A stretch of DNA of 64,000 bases from a candidate division FCPU426 bacterium (GTDB taxonomy: Bacteria > Oederibacteriota > JAAXVQ01 > JAUVAV01): NCBI GenBank assembly GCA_040756875.1, contig JBFLYH010000003.1, positions 224,001-288,000 on the forward strand, written 5' to 3'. Shown piece by piece: positions 48,308-58,175 of this stretch; positions within the stretch are counted from its first letter, which is position 1; the number at the start of each line of letters is the position of its first letter. The translations under genes and the position numbers were made by a program. The notes under the pieces are model-generated. The model saw only the letters and a program-made list of their open reading frames with translations, did not search any database and was not told the origin of the DNA.

Positions 48308-48435
48308 TATAGCACCTCCGTATAAGCCCCCGGGATAGTTTCGGCAAAAAAACGGCTGGCCTTCACTGCAGGCCGGACGTTGACGCGCGCCTACGGGGTT
48401 TGCTACACTGGCTGCATTCTCCTGCGGAGGCTGAC

Positions 48436-48738
48436 ATGGACACTGTCGTGCAAGTTACCTGTCCCAAATGCGGAGTCGTGCTGATCGTGGACCGGGTAAC
48501 CGGCGAAGTGCTGGAGACGCGGGAACCCCTGGTGGCGGAAAGTTCGGGCGACCGTTTTCAGGATGCCATGCAAAAAGTGAAGCAGGACCGGGCCGAGGCC
48601 GAAGCCAGGTTCAAGCAGGCCCAGTCCGAGGAAAAAACCAAGTCCCAGGCCCTGGACCAGTTGTTTAAAAAATCCCTCGAGCAAGCCAAAAAAGACGACC
48701 CTGCCAAGCCGCCCAGCAAGGACATCGACTGGGAATGA
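48436..48738 (+). CDS. Hypothetical protein, N-terminal CxxC ribbon plus coiled coil
   Basis: RBS GGAGG; VTCPKCG..IVDRVTGEVL. Confidence 0.75.
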   Translation: MDTVVQVTCPKCGVVLIVDRVTGEVLETREPLVAESSGDRFQDAMQKVKQDRAEAEARFKQAQSEEKTKSQALDQLFKKSLEQAKKDDPAKPPSKDIDWE

Positions 48739-48893
48739 ACTTTCCCGCCTTTCCACAGCCTGCCCGTGGACTACCCCTCCCTCCGCGATACAGTTCCGCA
48801 AATCCTCTCCCCGGCCGGCGGTCCCTTCGGGAGCTGAAGCCCGGCCGAAGGTCCTGCGGAGGGATTTAACACCCGATCCGCCGCCAATCGCCC

Positions 48894-48977
48894 TTAGAAA
48901 AACAACAGAGCAACGGCCCAGGCCAGGCCGATGCAAATCAGGCAGCTCAAGAACACAAGCAGGATTTTCCTCATCAT
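48894..48977 (-). CDS. Putative 27-aa hydrophobic peptide MMRKILLVFLSCLICIGLAWAVALLFF
   Basis: RBS AAGAGGTG; single TM-like helix; not in ORF track. Confidence 0.45.
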   Translation of the reverse strand: MMRKILLVFLSCLICIGLAWAVALLFF

Positions 48978-49083
48978 GACCGCACCTCTTTGGCTTGACG
49001 GCAACATCCGGCTCGTCTATCCTTATGCCGGCAGTTTTACAGCCCCCAAGCATCCCTGATATTTGACACCAGGAGGGTGTGCC

Positions 49084-49608
49084 GTGCGAACCAGGCCTTT
49101 TCAGCTGATTTTCCGCATGTTGTGGGCGCCGCGCGCGAGCCTGCTGGCCCTGCCTGCGGACCGGTTCTGGCTTGCCTCCTACCTGGTTTACGTGCTCTTG
49201 ATCATCGGCCGGGCGTACCGGCTTAAGGTGTACGCGCTCCAGGTTTCCCCGTCGGACGCGGTGAATCTGCTGGTCCTGGGAACGCTCGTTTTCGGGGGCG
49301 CGGCGGCCAGCCTGGCCCTATTCGGGCTGCTGGGCCAGGGGCTGGTCAGGCTCTTCAAGCGGCACCTTTCGCATGTGCAGGCCATGAACGTGCTGGGTTA
49401 TGCCCAGGCCCCGCGCCTGCTGCTGACCCTGGTGTTTATCGTGGTTTACAATCTGCTGCCCGGCGAGTGGCGCGCGTTTCTCCGTTACAGCGATTCCTGG
49501 GTCGTGCAATCCGTCCTGCTGGCAGGGTACTACGGCGTGATCGCCTATTCCTGGTTCCTCTCCGGATACGGCCTGCTGCTTTGCTCCCGGCCGCTCCCCC
49601 GGTCCTGA
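49084..49608 (+). CDS. YIP1-family membrane protein
   Basis: RBS AGGAGG, GTG start; LWAPR, VLGYAQAP; about 5 TM. Confidence 0.7.
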   Translation: MRTRPFQLIFRMLWAPRASLLALPADRFWLASYLVYVLLIIGRAYRLKVYALQVSPSDAVNLLVLGTLVFGGAAASLALFGLLGQGLVRLFKRHLSHVQAMNVLGYAQAPRLLLTLVFIVVYNLLPGEWRAFLRYSDSWVVQSVLLAGYYGVIAYSWFLSGYGLLLCSRPLPRS

Positions 49609-49611
49609 CCG

Positions 49612-51333
49612 TTACAGCATCAACCCGTCGAGATCCAGATAGAAATGCGGCCTGCCCGGTTCGGCGCGCGGCCAGCGCTCCCGGATGTCCTGGACGCGCG
49701 TCCGGATGCGCCGCTCTTCGGCGGCCCGGCCGGACTGCGCATAGAGCCGGAGCAGCTGCCCGAGCGGAATAAGCAGCCGGGGATGGTCCGGGCCGTAGAC
49801 TTCGGTCAAAGCCGCCAGCGAAGCTTGCAGCGCCTGCTCCGCGGCCTTGATGTCGTTCCGGAACAGGTACAGGTCGATCTTCGCGGTCAGGTATTTGGCA
49901 TACAGGGCGTTGCGCTCGCCGATGGCGCGGCTGGTGATTTCCAGGGACTGGTCGATGCGCTCTTCGGCCTCGAACAGCCGGCCTTCGGAGAAATACACCC
50001 GGCCCAGCTGGAAGGCCGATTCCGCGGTGGCCATGTGCCGGTCGCCGTAGAAGCGTTCGTGGATGGCGTGGGCGCGCGCCAGGGATTTTTCCGCCTCGGG
50101 CAGCTGGTGCCGCAGGTAGTGGAGCACGCCGAGCTTGAGCCACACCGAAGACAGCAAGGGGTTCTCCAGCCCCACGGTCCGTTCGGCGATGACGCGTTCC
50201 TGGTCGTACAGGCGCTTGGCGTCCTCCAGGCGCTGCTGCTCCAAATACCAGTCGCCCAGGCGCTCGAGGTAGCGGCAAATCTCGATGTTCGGGCCGTTGG
50301 CCGCGCGCAAAGCGAGGTTCAAGGCCTCGGTGTGATTTTTTTCGGCCTCCTCCTGTTCGCCCCACAACTGCTGGATGACGCCCTGGTTGCTGTAAATGGC
50401 CGCGTAATTGCTCAGGATCACCGGATCGTTCTCCGATTTTTTGTATTTTTCCAGGATCAGCAGGATGTTGAAACTGCCCGAGCGCGCCCGGCCGTACTGG
50501 CCTTGATAGAGATCGATGGACACCACATTGTTCCGCATGAAAGCCGCAAAAGGATGTTCAGGCCCGAAGCGGATTTCGTATTGGCGCACCGCCTCCTCGG
50601 TCAGGGTCCGGGCTTCGCGGTGCAAACCGGCCGTGAGCTTGTCCGACAGCAGTTCATATTGCGCGCCCAGGGCATAGGGATGGTCGCGCCCGAATTTCAG
50701 GATTGCGGCCTTGAGCGCGCCCTCGTTCACGGACAGGCTGCGCTTGAAGTCGCCGCGTAAAAAGGCCTGCTGGTAGTCGCGGCGCAGCAGGGACAATTCC
50801 CGGCTGCGGTATTCCGGCGACAGCCAGGCGTACAGCAGCGAACCCGCCTCCAGGCGCACGACCCGGGTGCGATAAAGCGAAACGCCGAAGGCGGCCGGCA
50901 GCAGGAAGTTCACGGCCAGCATGCCGGCCAGGATCACCGGCGGCCACCACCAGCGCACGCCGCCCGCGGCCTGCAGCGCTGCGGGGGACGGCGACAGGGC
51001 TTTGGCCCGGCGGAAACGCCGGCCGTACAGGGGATTGGCCAGCCAGGCGGCCAGCAGTGCGGCTTCAACGGACACGGTGAAATGCCAGGGATTGACGGTC
51101 AGCAGGAAATCGCCGAGCAACAGCAAGGCGGCGAACACCACGGCCGCCGCCAGCAGGCGGCGGTAGCCGAACCAGGCAGGGCCCCAGAACAAAGCCGCCA
51201 GGTTCCAACGGCTGAACCCCCGGGCAAACGCCCACTTGTAGATGTAATAGCGGTGATTGGGCCCGACAAAGCGCCGGATGTCTTCGTCCGCCTCGGCGGG
51301 AACCGTCGGTTTGTAAAAATCGAACCAACGCAT
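49612..51333 (-). CDS. DUF2628 membrane domain fused to kinesin-light-chain-type TPR repeats
   Basis: WNLAALFWGPAWFGYRRL, AN.LY; repeats FGRDHP, FGPEHP, YGPDHP. Confidence 0.82.
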   Translation of the reverse strand: MRWFDFYKPTVPAEADEDIRRFVGPNHRYYIYKWAFARGFSRWNLAALFWGPAWFGYRRLLAAAVVFAALLLLGDFLLTVNPWHFTVSVEAALLAAWLANPLYGRRFRRAKALSPSPAALQAAGGVRWWWPPVILAGMLAVNFLLPAAFGVSLYRTRVVRLEAGSLLYAWLSPEYRSRELSLLRRDYQQAFLRGDFKRSLSVNEGALKAAILKFGRDHPYALGAQYELLSDKLTAGLHREARTLTEEAVRQYEIRFGPEHPFAAFMRNNVVSIDLYQGQYGRARSGSFNILLILEKYKKSENDPVILSNYAAIYSNQGVIQQLWGEQEEAEKNHTEALNLALRAANGPNIEICRYLERLGDWYLEQQRLEDAKRLYDQERVIAERTVGLENPLLSSVWLKLGVLHYLRHQLPEAEKSLARAHAIHERFYGDRHMATAESAFQLGRVYFSEGRLFEAEERIDQSLEITSRAIGERNALYAKYLTAKIDLYLFRNDIKAAEQALQASLAALTEVYGPDHPRLLIPLGQLLRLYAQSGRAAEERRIRTRVQDIRERWPRAEPGRPHFYLDLDGLML

Positions 51334-51355
51334 GGACCGTGGACCTTTGTTTATT

Positions 51356-51383
51356 GTAGGGGCGTTCAATTGAACGCCCCTAC
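51356..51383. repeat. GTAG-type REP palindrome, copy 2
   Basis: Perfect GTAGGGGCGTTCAATTGAACGCCCCTAC. Confidence 0.88.
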
Positions 51384-51494
51384 GTTCGTGAATAACCGGG
51401 AACGCAAATTCATTTTACCATACCCTCTCCGCGCTTCGGATTTTTCCCTGTTTTTCATCCCAGGCCTTGGGTATGATACCTCGCGGAGGACGCC

Positions 51495-52508
51495 ATGACC
51501 ATTGCCATTGAAACCCAAGACCTCACGAAAGTATATCCCGGCGGCATCCTGGCCGTGGACCGGGTGACTTTCCAGGTTCCGCGGGGCGAAATTTTCGGAT
51601 TCCTCGGCCCCAATGGCGCCGGAAAATCCACCACCATCCTCATGCTCGCCACCCTGCTCCGGCCCACCGGTGGCCGGGCCGTGGTGGCCGGCTGGGACGC
51701 AGTGCGCCATCCCTTGCGCCTGCGCCAGGCCATTGGGTATGTTTCGCAGGACCTGGCCGTGGACGACAACCTCACGGGCCGCGAAAACCTGTATCTGCAA
51801 GCCAAATGGTACGGCCTCAGCCAACAGGAAATCCGCGAGCGTCTGACCGAAATCCTGGCCATGGTGAACCTGACCGACCGGGCCGACGACCGCGTCGAGA
51901 CCTATTCCGGCGGCATGCGCAAGCGCCTGGACATCGCCGAGGGCCTCATTCACCGGCCCCAGGTGCTCTTCCTGGATGAACCGACCCTGGGCCTGGACAT
52001 TCAAACGCGGGCTGAAATCTGGAAGTACGTCGCGCACCTGCGCGAGGCTTTCGGCATGACCATTTTCCTGACCACGCATTACATGGAAGAGGCGGACCGG
52101 CTTTGCGACCGCATCGGCATCATTGACCGCGGGGTGCTCAAGGCCCTGGATTCCCCGGACCGCCTCAAGCAGCAGCTCGGCGGCGGGGTCATCACCCTGG
52201 CGCTCGCCGGCCCCGGGCCGGAAGTGGACCGCGCCGCAACCGCCATCGCCGGCCTGCCGGGCGTGCGCGGCGTGAAGGCGCAGGACGGCCGCCACGTCGT
52301 GCTGGCCGACCACGGCGAGGCCTTGCTGCCCCTGCTCTTTGCCGCGCTTAAACCGCTGCCCATCGCGCTGCACAGCCTGACGCTCACCCAGCCCACCCTG
52401 GACGACGTGTATTTGCACCACACGGGCCGGGCCCTGCGGGACGAGGTGGAGGGCAGCAAAGAGGAGGCGGCGCGGCAGCGGATCGTCATGAGGAGGACCC
52501 GGCGATGA
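51495..52508 (+). CDS. DrrA-like ABC exporter ATP-binding protein
   Basis: GPNGAGKST, YSGGMRKRL, FLDEPT, PTLDDVYL. Confidence 0.95.
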   Translation: MTIAIETQDLTKVYPGGILAVDRVTFQVPRGEIFGFLGPNGAGKSTTILMLATLLRPTGGRAVVAGWDAVRHPLRLRQAIGYVSQDLAVDDNLTGRENLYLQAKWYGLSQQEIRERLTEILAMVNLTDRADDRVETYSGGMRKRLDIAEGLIHRPQVLFLDEPTLGLDIQTRAEIWKYVAHLREAFGMTIFLTTHYMEEADRLCDRIGIIDRGVLKALDSPDRLKQQLGGGVITLALAGPGPEVDRAATAIAGLPGVRGVKAQDGRHVVLADHGEALLPLLFAALKPLPIALHSLTLTQPTLDDVYLHHTGRALRDEVEGSKEEAARQRIVMRRTRR

Positions 52509-53329
52509 AGCACCTGTTGAAATTCTGCAGCGACACCTATTATGTTTATTGGCGAGAGATCAAGCATTTCTGGCAGCAGAAAACGCGGGTCTTCATGTCC
52601 GTGTTCCAGCCCCTGGTCTGGTTCGTGCTTATGGGCAGCACCATGAACAACCTCACCACCGGCCTGGCCAACGCTTCCGGCACGGATCATGCGCAGCTGG
52701 CCCAGCAATTCCTGGACGGCGCGCCCAATTACCTGACCTACGTGGTGGGCGGCATCGTGGCCATGACCACGCTCTTCGGCGGCATTTACGGAGGCACCAG
52801 CGTGGTCTGGGACCGGCGCCTGGGGTTCCTGCAAAAAATGCTGGCCGCGCCCATCAGCCGCGCCTCGATCCCGCTCGGCAAAATGCTGGCCGTGGCCTTC
52901 CAGGCCCTCCTGCAGGTGGCCATGATTTTGCTCCTGGCCCGGCTCTTCGGTGTGCACTTCCGCACAGGCCTCCCGGGCCTGGCCGTGGTCATGCTGCTGG
53001 CCTCACTCTTCGCCCTGGGCATGTCCGGCCTGTCCCTGGCCCTGGGCGCGCGCATCAAATCCATGGAAACGCTGTTCGCGGTCATGAACGTGCTGACCAT
53101 GCCGCTCATCTTCAGCAGCCCGGCCATGTTCCCGGCCCGCGCCATGCCTTCGTGGCTCCTGGCCATCGCGGCCTGGAACCCGGTCACTTACGTTTTGATC
53201 CCCATGCGCGCGCTGATCTACAAAGGCTGGCTGTGGCCCGAACTGCTGCGCGGCGGCGGCCTGATCCTGGCTTTCGCCACAGCCGCGGGCCTGCTGGCCG
53301 TGTGGCAGTTCCGCAGCAGCCATGCCTGA
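52505..53329 (+). CDS. DrrB-like ABC-2 permease
   Basis: FQPLVW, WDRRLGFL..APISR, NPVTY; ATGA overlap. Confidence 0.93.
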   Translation: MKHLLKFCSDTYYVYWREIKHFWQQKTRVFMSVFQPLVWFVLMGSTMNNLTTGLANASGTDHAQLAQQFLDGAPNYLTYVVGGIVAMTTLFGGIYGGTSVVWDRRLGFLQKMLAAPISRASIPLGKMLAVAFQALLQVAMILLLARLFGVHFRTGLPGLAVVMLLASLFALGMSGLSLALGARIKSMETLFAVMNVLTMPLIFSSPAMFPARAMPSWLLAIAAWNPVTYVLIPMRALIYKGWLWPELLRGGGLILAFATAAGLLAVWQFRSSHA

Positions 53330-54116
53330 GCCGGCCCTGCGCTTCCACGGCCGGCCGCCGTTCACGCTGGCGGTCCTGCACGGCGGGCCGGGCGCGGCCG
53401 GCGAAGCGGCGCCCGTGGCGCGGGCCCTGGCCCGAAAAGGCCGGGGCGTGCTCGAACCGTTCCAGACCCGGACGACGCCCGACGGCCAGGTGCGGGAACT
53501 GGCCGGCGTGCTGGCCAGGCACGCCGCGTCACCGCTGACCGTGGTGGGATTTTCCTGGGGCGCCTGGCTGGCCTGGCTGCTGGCGTCCAAGCACCCGCGG
53601 CTGGTCGGACGCCTGGTCCTGATCGGCAGCGGAGGATTCCGCCCTGGAGACGGCCTGATCGCCCAAACCGAGCGGGTGGCGCGCATGAACGAGCGTCAGC
53701 GGCTCGCCTACGCCGCGCTCGCCGGCCGCTTGCCTCTGGCTTCGCCCCGGGAACAAGACGTCCTCTTCGCCAGCCTGGGCCGGCTGATGTCGCGGGTGGA
53801 TGCCCACGACCCTTTTCCGGTTTTCAGCCGGAATGTCGTCCACTCCTATGCCATCTATCGCCGCGTCTGGCCCGCGGCCGACCGGTTACGCGCCAGCGGC
53901 CGCTTGCTGGCTTGCGCGGACCGCATCCATTGCCCGGTCATCGCCCTGCACGGCGACCGCGACCCGCACCCGGCCGAAGGCGTTCGCCTCCCCCTCTCCG
54001 AACGCCTGGCGGATTTCCGTTTCGTCCTCCTTCCCCGCTGCGGCCACAAACCCTGGATCGAACGGCAGGCGCGGGAGGCGTTTTACGCCCGCCTGAACGA
54101 GGCGGTGGCCTCCTAA
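53322..54116 (+). CDS. Alpha/beta hydrolase
   Basis: LHGGPG, GFSWG, HGDRD, CGHKPW. Confidence 0.92.
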   Translation: MPEPALRFHGRPPFTLAVLHGGPGAAGEAAPVARALARKGRGVLEPFQTRTTPDGQVRELAGVLARHAASPLTVVGFSWGAWLAWLLASKHPRLVGRLVLIGSGGFRPGDGLIAQTERVARMNERQRLAYAALAGRLPLASPREQDVLFASLGRLMSRVDAHDPFPVFSRNVVHSYAIYRRVWPAADRLRASGRLLACADRIHCPVIALHGDRDPHPAEGVRLPLSERLADFRFVLLPRCGHKPWIERQAREAFYARLNEAVAS

Positions 54117-55747
54117 TGCCGGGAATCCGGGCCCCGCTGGGATTCTGGATCCCAAGCGCCGTGGGCGTCGTCCTTTTGCACGGGCATCAAAGCGTTCTGG
54201 GTTGGATCTGCGTCCTGATGGGATTAGCCTGGGCAGGGTGGAAGCCTGTGGAAGCAGCGTCCCTGCCAGCGCCGGCCATGCGCCGGAGGACGGAACTGGT
54301 CTGGCTGGCTGGCCTGGTGCTGCTGGCCGCGGGCCTGCGCTGGTGGCGGCTGGAAGCCGTGCCGCCGGCCTGCTGGTTCGACGAAGCCCAGAACGGCCTG
54401 GAAACCCTGCGCATCCTCAAGGGCGACTGGTTCATCTTCACGCCGCGCAACAACGGCCGCGGCGCATTGCAATTTTTTTGGACCGCGCCCTTCTTCGCCG
54501 TTTTCGGCAAAACCGTCGGCGCCTTGCGGCTGGCTTCGGCCGTCGCCGGCGCAGCCACCGTGCCCCTGGTTTGGAGGCTGGGGCGCCAGTGGGGCGGCGC
54601 GCGCATCGGGCTGGCGGCAGCCGGCTTGCTCGCAGTCTCCGCCTGGCACGTGTCCGTCAGCCGCCTCGGATTCGACGCGGTCATGACTCCGGCGTTCGAC
54701 GCGGCCATGCTCCTGTGCCTGGTCCTTGGCCTGGAAAGCGCGGCCTGGGGCTGGTGGGCCGCAGCCGGCCTGCTGGCGGGCCTGGCCAACTACGGCTACG
54801 CGGCTTCGCGCGTCTCGCTTCTGCTTCTGGCTCTGGCTGCTTGGTTCGGGCTGCGGGCGTTCCCGGGCGGCTGGCAACGGTTCCGTCCCGGCGTGGTCGC
54901 AGCCTGCCTCGCGGCCATGATCGCCCTGGCGCCGCTCCTCTCGCTGGGCCTGGCCCGCCCTGATTTGCTCGGCGAACGCGGCCGCCAGGTCGCGGTCACG
55001 TCACCCGGCGCGGCCCTGCGCAACCTGCGCGCCACCTTGCGCATGTTCCTGGAACGCGGGGACGCCAATCCCCGCCATAATCTGCCCGGCCGCCCCATGC
55101 TCGATCCGGCGACCGGCGTGCTGGCTTTGGCCGGCTTGGCCCTGGCCTGGCGCCGGCGCGGCTTTCCCCAACAACTCGTTTTAGCCTGGCTGGGCGTTTA
55201 CATCTTTACCGCCGGAACCTTCACGGACGCCAGTCCGCACGGCCTGCGCATGCTCTCAGCCGTCATCCCGGCCTGCCTGCTGGCTGCCTGGGGTCTGGAG
55301 CAGGCGCTCGCGGACTTCCGGCTTGAAACCCCATTGGGACGCAACCTGGCGCTCGCCGTGCTGCTCTTGAGTGTGGGCTTAACGACGGTTCACGCCTATT
55401 TCGTCGTCTATCCCTGCCACCCTGCTGTTCGGCCGGCCTTTTCTCCGTACCCCTATGAAGTCGGCCGCTTCGTGCGCGCCTTGCCGCCGGAAACGCCGGT
55501 GCAGGTGTCGCGCCGCTTCGATGAAAGCGTGGTTGCGTTCGTTTCGGGCCGCGGAAAAAGCATGCCGGAGCTGGACTTCTCGACAGCCGCGGGCACGGGC
55601 GATCCTTGGGTGCGAATCTTGGCGGCGCCCGAAGAGGCGCCCTGGTTCATCAGGGAAGGGGCGTATCTCTGGAGGGAGATAAAAAGTCAGGAGGGAGAGC
55701 GGTTTTGGGTGGTTGAATCCAAGCCAGTGCAGGAGACGGCCCCCTAA
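54116..55747 (+). CDS. GT39/ArnT-like membrane glycosyltransferase (GT-C)
   Basis: LRWWRL..PP..FDEA, WH..VSR, RHNLPGRP; TAATG overlap. Confidence 0.82.
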   Translation: MPGIRAPLGFWIPSAVGVVLLHGHQSVLGWICVLMGLAWAGWKPVEAASLPAPAMRRRTELVWLAGLVLLAAGLRWWRLEAVPPACWFDEAQNGLETLRILKGDWFIFTPRNNGRGALQFFWTAPFFAVFGKTVGALRLASAVAGAATVPLVWRLGRQWGGARIGLAAAGLLAVSAWHVSVSRLGFDAVMTPAFDAAMLLCLVLGLESAAWGWWAAAGLLAGLANYGYAASRVSLLLLALAAWFGLRAFPGGWQRFRPGVVAACLAAMIALAPLLSLGLARPDLLGERGRQVAVTSPGAALRNLRATLRMFLERGDANPRHNLPGRPMLDPATGVLALAGLALAWRRRGFPQQLVLAWLGVYIFTAGTFTDASPHGLRMLSAVIPACLLAAWGLEQALADFRLETPLGRNLALAVLLLSVGLTTVHAYFVVYPCHPAVRPAFSPYPYEVGRFVRALPPETPVQVSRRFDESVVAFVSGRGKSMPELDFSTAAGTGDPWVRILAAPEEAPWFIREGAYLWREIKSQEGERFWVVESKPVQETAP

Positions 55748-55773
55748 CCCCGCCCGAATGGCGGGGTTAGGGG
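55741..55773. terminator. Hairpin between convergent genes
   Basis: CCCCTAACCCCGCC / GGCGGGGTTAGGGG (14 bp). Confidence 0.6.
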
Positions 55774-55786
55774 AACCGCGCTCGGA

Positions 55787-56683
55787 TTATTGGGATAGTT
55801 CCTTGACCAGGACGTCGCGCAGGACGGCGGCGCTCTTGGTGATGGCCTTGGCGTAAGCGTTCACGGCTTCCTGTTTGGAGTCCTTCAGGTAGGGACGGCC
55901 TTTTTTAAGCATGGGAGCCCCCGGCCCTTCCTCGTGTTTGCCGCCTCCCTGGCTGAACAGCGGGGTTTCCACGGCGATTTGTCCGTTCCTCGTAACGACC
56001 ACCATCTCGCAGGCCACGACCGGCGTGGCCTGACCCAGGACGCCGCTGAAAATGCCCGTGCCGGACATGCCGCTGAGCCAGCCTTTTTTATACGCCAGAT
56101 CCAGGCCGATGACAGCCACGGCATCCACGTTCAAATCCTTGCACAGCGCGGCCAGTTTCTCCTGCCCCTCCACCACCGGGTCCTTCTGGCCCATGATCGT
56201 GACGCTTTTGTTCCCGTGCGTCACGCTGGAAGCGGGGATATAGGGCATGCCCGGAGGCGTCACCCAGGAAGCGGTCGCGGCCTTGCGCAAGGCGCTTAGA
56301 AAATCACCCATGGCCGAAGAACCGGGCTTGGTCAACGCCTGGAATTTTTTATTGCGGATCACCTGGTCAGGCGGAACCAGACTCCACGGCTCCACGCCGC
56401 TGAGGGCCTCGCCGAAGCTTTTCAATCCCATGGTGACCAGCTGCACTTGTTCGTCGGTTTCGATGTCTTTCTCGGGGGCGGTGGCCGCCACCAGAGCCTT
56501 CAGCAGGTTGACCTTGGTGCCTGACTCCTTGGCCTCCACGTCGTGGATGTCGGTATTGGCGTATACGCTGACGATCGCGAGCTTTTTCACGTCCAAGACC
56601 GCCGGTTTTTTAATGAACGTCCCGCCGCAGCCGGTCAGCCCCAATGCCAAAAACAATGACACAGCGACCCCTGTGATCCGCAT
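55787..56683 (-). CDS. Hypothetical lipoprotein
   Basis: RBS GGAGGT; lipobox LTGC; VKKLAIVS, LNVDAV. Confidence 0.75.
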   Translation of the reverse strand: MRITGVAVSLFLALGLTGCGGTFIKKPAVLDVKKLAIVSVYANTDIHDVEAKESGTKVNLLKALVAATAPEKDIETDEQVQLVTMGLKSFGEALSGVEPWSLVPPDQVIRNKKFQALTKPGSSAMGDFLSALRKAATASWVTPPGMPYIPASSVTHGNKSVTIMGQKDPVVEGQEKLAALCKDLNVDAVAVIGLDLAYKKGWLSGMSGTGIFSGVLGQATPVVACEMVVVTRNGQIAVETPLFSQGGGKHEEGPGAPMLKKGRPYLKDSKQEAVNAYAKAITKSAAVLRDVLVKELSQ

Positions 56684-56791
56684 GCCACACCTCCGGTTTT
56701 GGATGATTTAAAAGTATCGGAGGCCAGAGCCCTGCCCTTGACTTCCAATACAAGGCTAGGACACCAGCATTCGAAAAAAGATCGGGAGAGA

Positions 56792-58027
56792 TCAGTATTC
56801 CTTGCTGTGGATGTTTAATCCGTTCCAGGTGTTGACTTCCATCTGGATCATGCGCTTGCGGGTTCCGCCCAGGCCGAAACTGCGCTCCACGCGGACCTTT
56901 TCCGCCACTCCGAACAAACCGTCGTGATAGGCGTCGTAGACTGTCCAGCGGGTTTCGTAGGCGTTCGTGGATTTGGTGGCGCGGGTCAGGCCGTTGCGCT
57001 TGTCGCTCTGGATCACGGTCTTGGTCTCGCGCGTGGAGCCCAGCCCGAAATTGTACTTGGCCTGGCTGCCGACTGCGACGCCGTATTCGCCCTTTTCGGT
57101 CGTGTCGTAGAAGGTCTGCACCGTGCCGTATTTGTTGATGTCCACGCGTGTGGCTGGCAATCCGGTCTGTTTATCCCAGGTGTACTGAATTTCGGTCTCG
57201 CGAGTCGAGCCCAGCCCGAAATTGTACTTGGCCAGTTGCCGGGCGGGCATCAGCACCTCCGGATCGAACCGCACGGTTTCGACCCGGCCGTAGTCGCTGG
57301 TCTCCACGCGGCCGGCGGGCTTTCCGGTTTCCGGATCGTAGGTCGTGGTCTCCACGGACTTGCGCATGGCGCCCAGGCCGAAATTCCTTTCATATCTGCA
57401 TTCCGTGGCCAATTCATGCTTGTCGAATACCCGGGTGACGGTCTGCAACTGGCTCTTTTCGACGTTGCTAACCAGGAATCCCTGCTCATCGTAACGGTAG
57501 TCGCCGGTTTCCTTGTGCCGGCCCCACTCTACGCCGAATTTGTCGTCCTGGACGGCGCCGGTCACGCGGCCTTTGGCGTCGCAGGTTTCCTTCCGGGTCA
57601 TCAGCCCGTTGGTGATCTCGCGCGCAACCAGTTTCCCCTCTTTGGAATACGTGTAGACTGTCTTGGTTTCACGTCCGAGTTCCGGCCCGCTCAGGCTTTT
57701 CCGCGTTTTTTGCACCAAACGGCCGCCCTTGCCGTATTCCTCCACTGTCGTTCCATCAGCATCCTTGGACAGGGCTTTCGCCAGTTGGCCGCCGGAGCCG
57801 TATTCGTACGTCGTTTCGATTTTCTTTGGGTAACCGTATTCATTTTCACGCACGCTGCTGACCATCCGCCCCTTTTCATCCAGGACCTGGACGGTTTTCC
57901 CCCGGTTGTCTGTGACAACCTTCTGCTTGGCATTGGCGGGTTCCGCCGCTTCGGCTGTCCAGGACCAAAACAGGGTGCAAAACAGGGCAACCGCGAGGAT
58001 GGAAAAGGCTTTCGGTGTGCGCATCAT
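56792..58027 (-). CDS. Secreted YD/RHS-like repeat protein with FGLG-containing ~50-aa repeats
   Basis: Signal peptide; YDEQG-type turns; YNFGLGSTRET twice, NFGLGAMR, SFGLGGTR. Confidence 0.7.
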   Translation of the reverse strand: MMRTPKAFSILAVALFCTLFWSWTAEAAEPANAKQKVVTDNRGKTVQVLDEKGRMVSSVRENEYGYPKKIETTYEYGSGGQLAKALSKDADGTTVEEYGKGGRLVQKTRKSLSGPELGRETKTVYTYSKEGKLVAREITNGLMTRKETCDAKGRVTGAVQDDKFGVEWGRHKETGDYRYDEQGFLVSNVEKSQLQTVTRVFDKHELATECRYERNFGLGAMRKSVETTTYDPETGKPAGRVETSDYGRVETVRFDPEVLMPARQLAKYNFGLGSTRETEIQYTWDKQTGLPATRVDINKYGTVQTFYDTTEKGEYGVAVGSQAKYNFGLGSTRETKTVIQSDKRNGLTRATKSTNAYETRWTVYDAYHDGLFGVAEKVRVERSFGLGGTRKRMIQMEVNTWNGLNIHSKEY

Positions 58028-58119
58028 GGGATCAACCTTTATATAGGAAAGGATGTCCGTCCATCCGGCTTGGAGCCGGACCGGGAATATATTATAAACC
58101 GAAGCGGGTTTCCGGAAAA

Positions 58120-58160
58120 TGAAAAAAGGGAGGGCCGCAGAGCGGCTCTCCCTTTTTTCA
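58120..58160. terminator. Bidirectional intrinsic terminator
   Basis: TGAAAAAAGGGAGGGCCGC-AGA-GCGGCTCTCCCTTTTTTCA. Confidence 0.8.
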
Positions 58161-58175
58161 GTCCGGACCGAGCGA

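Noticed and set aside
53912-54115. N-terminal extension of the GT39 ORF
   Set aside because: Lies inside the hydrolase gene; the TAATG-coupled start at 54116 is more plausible
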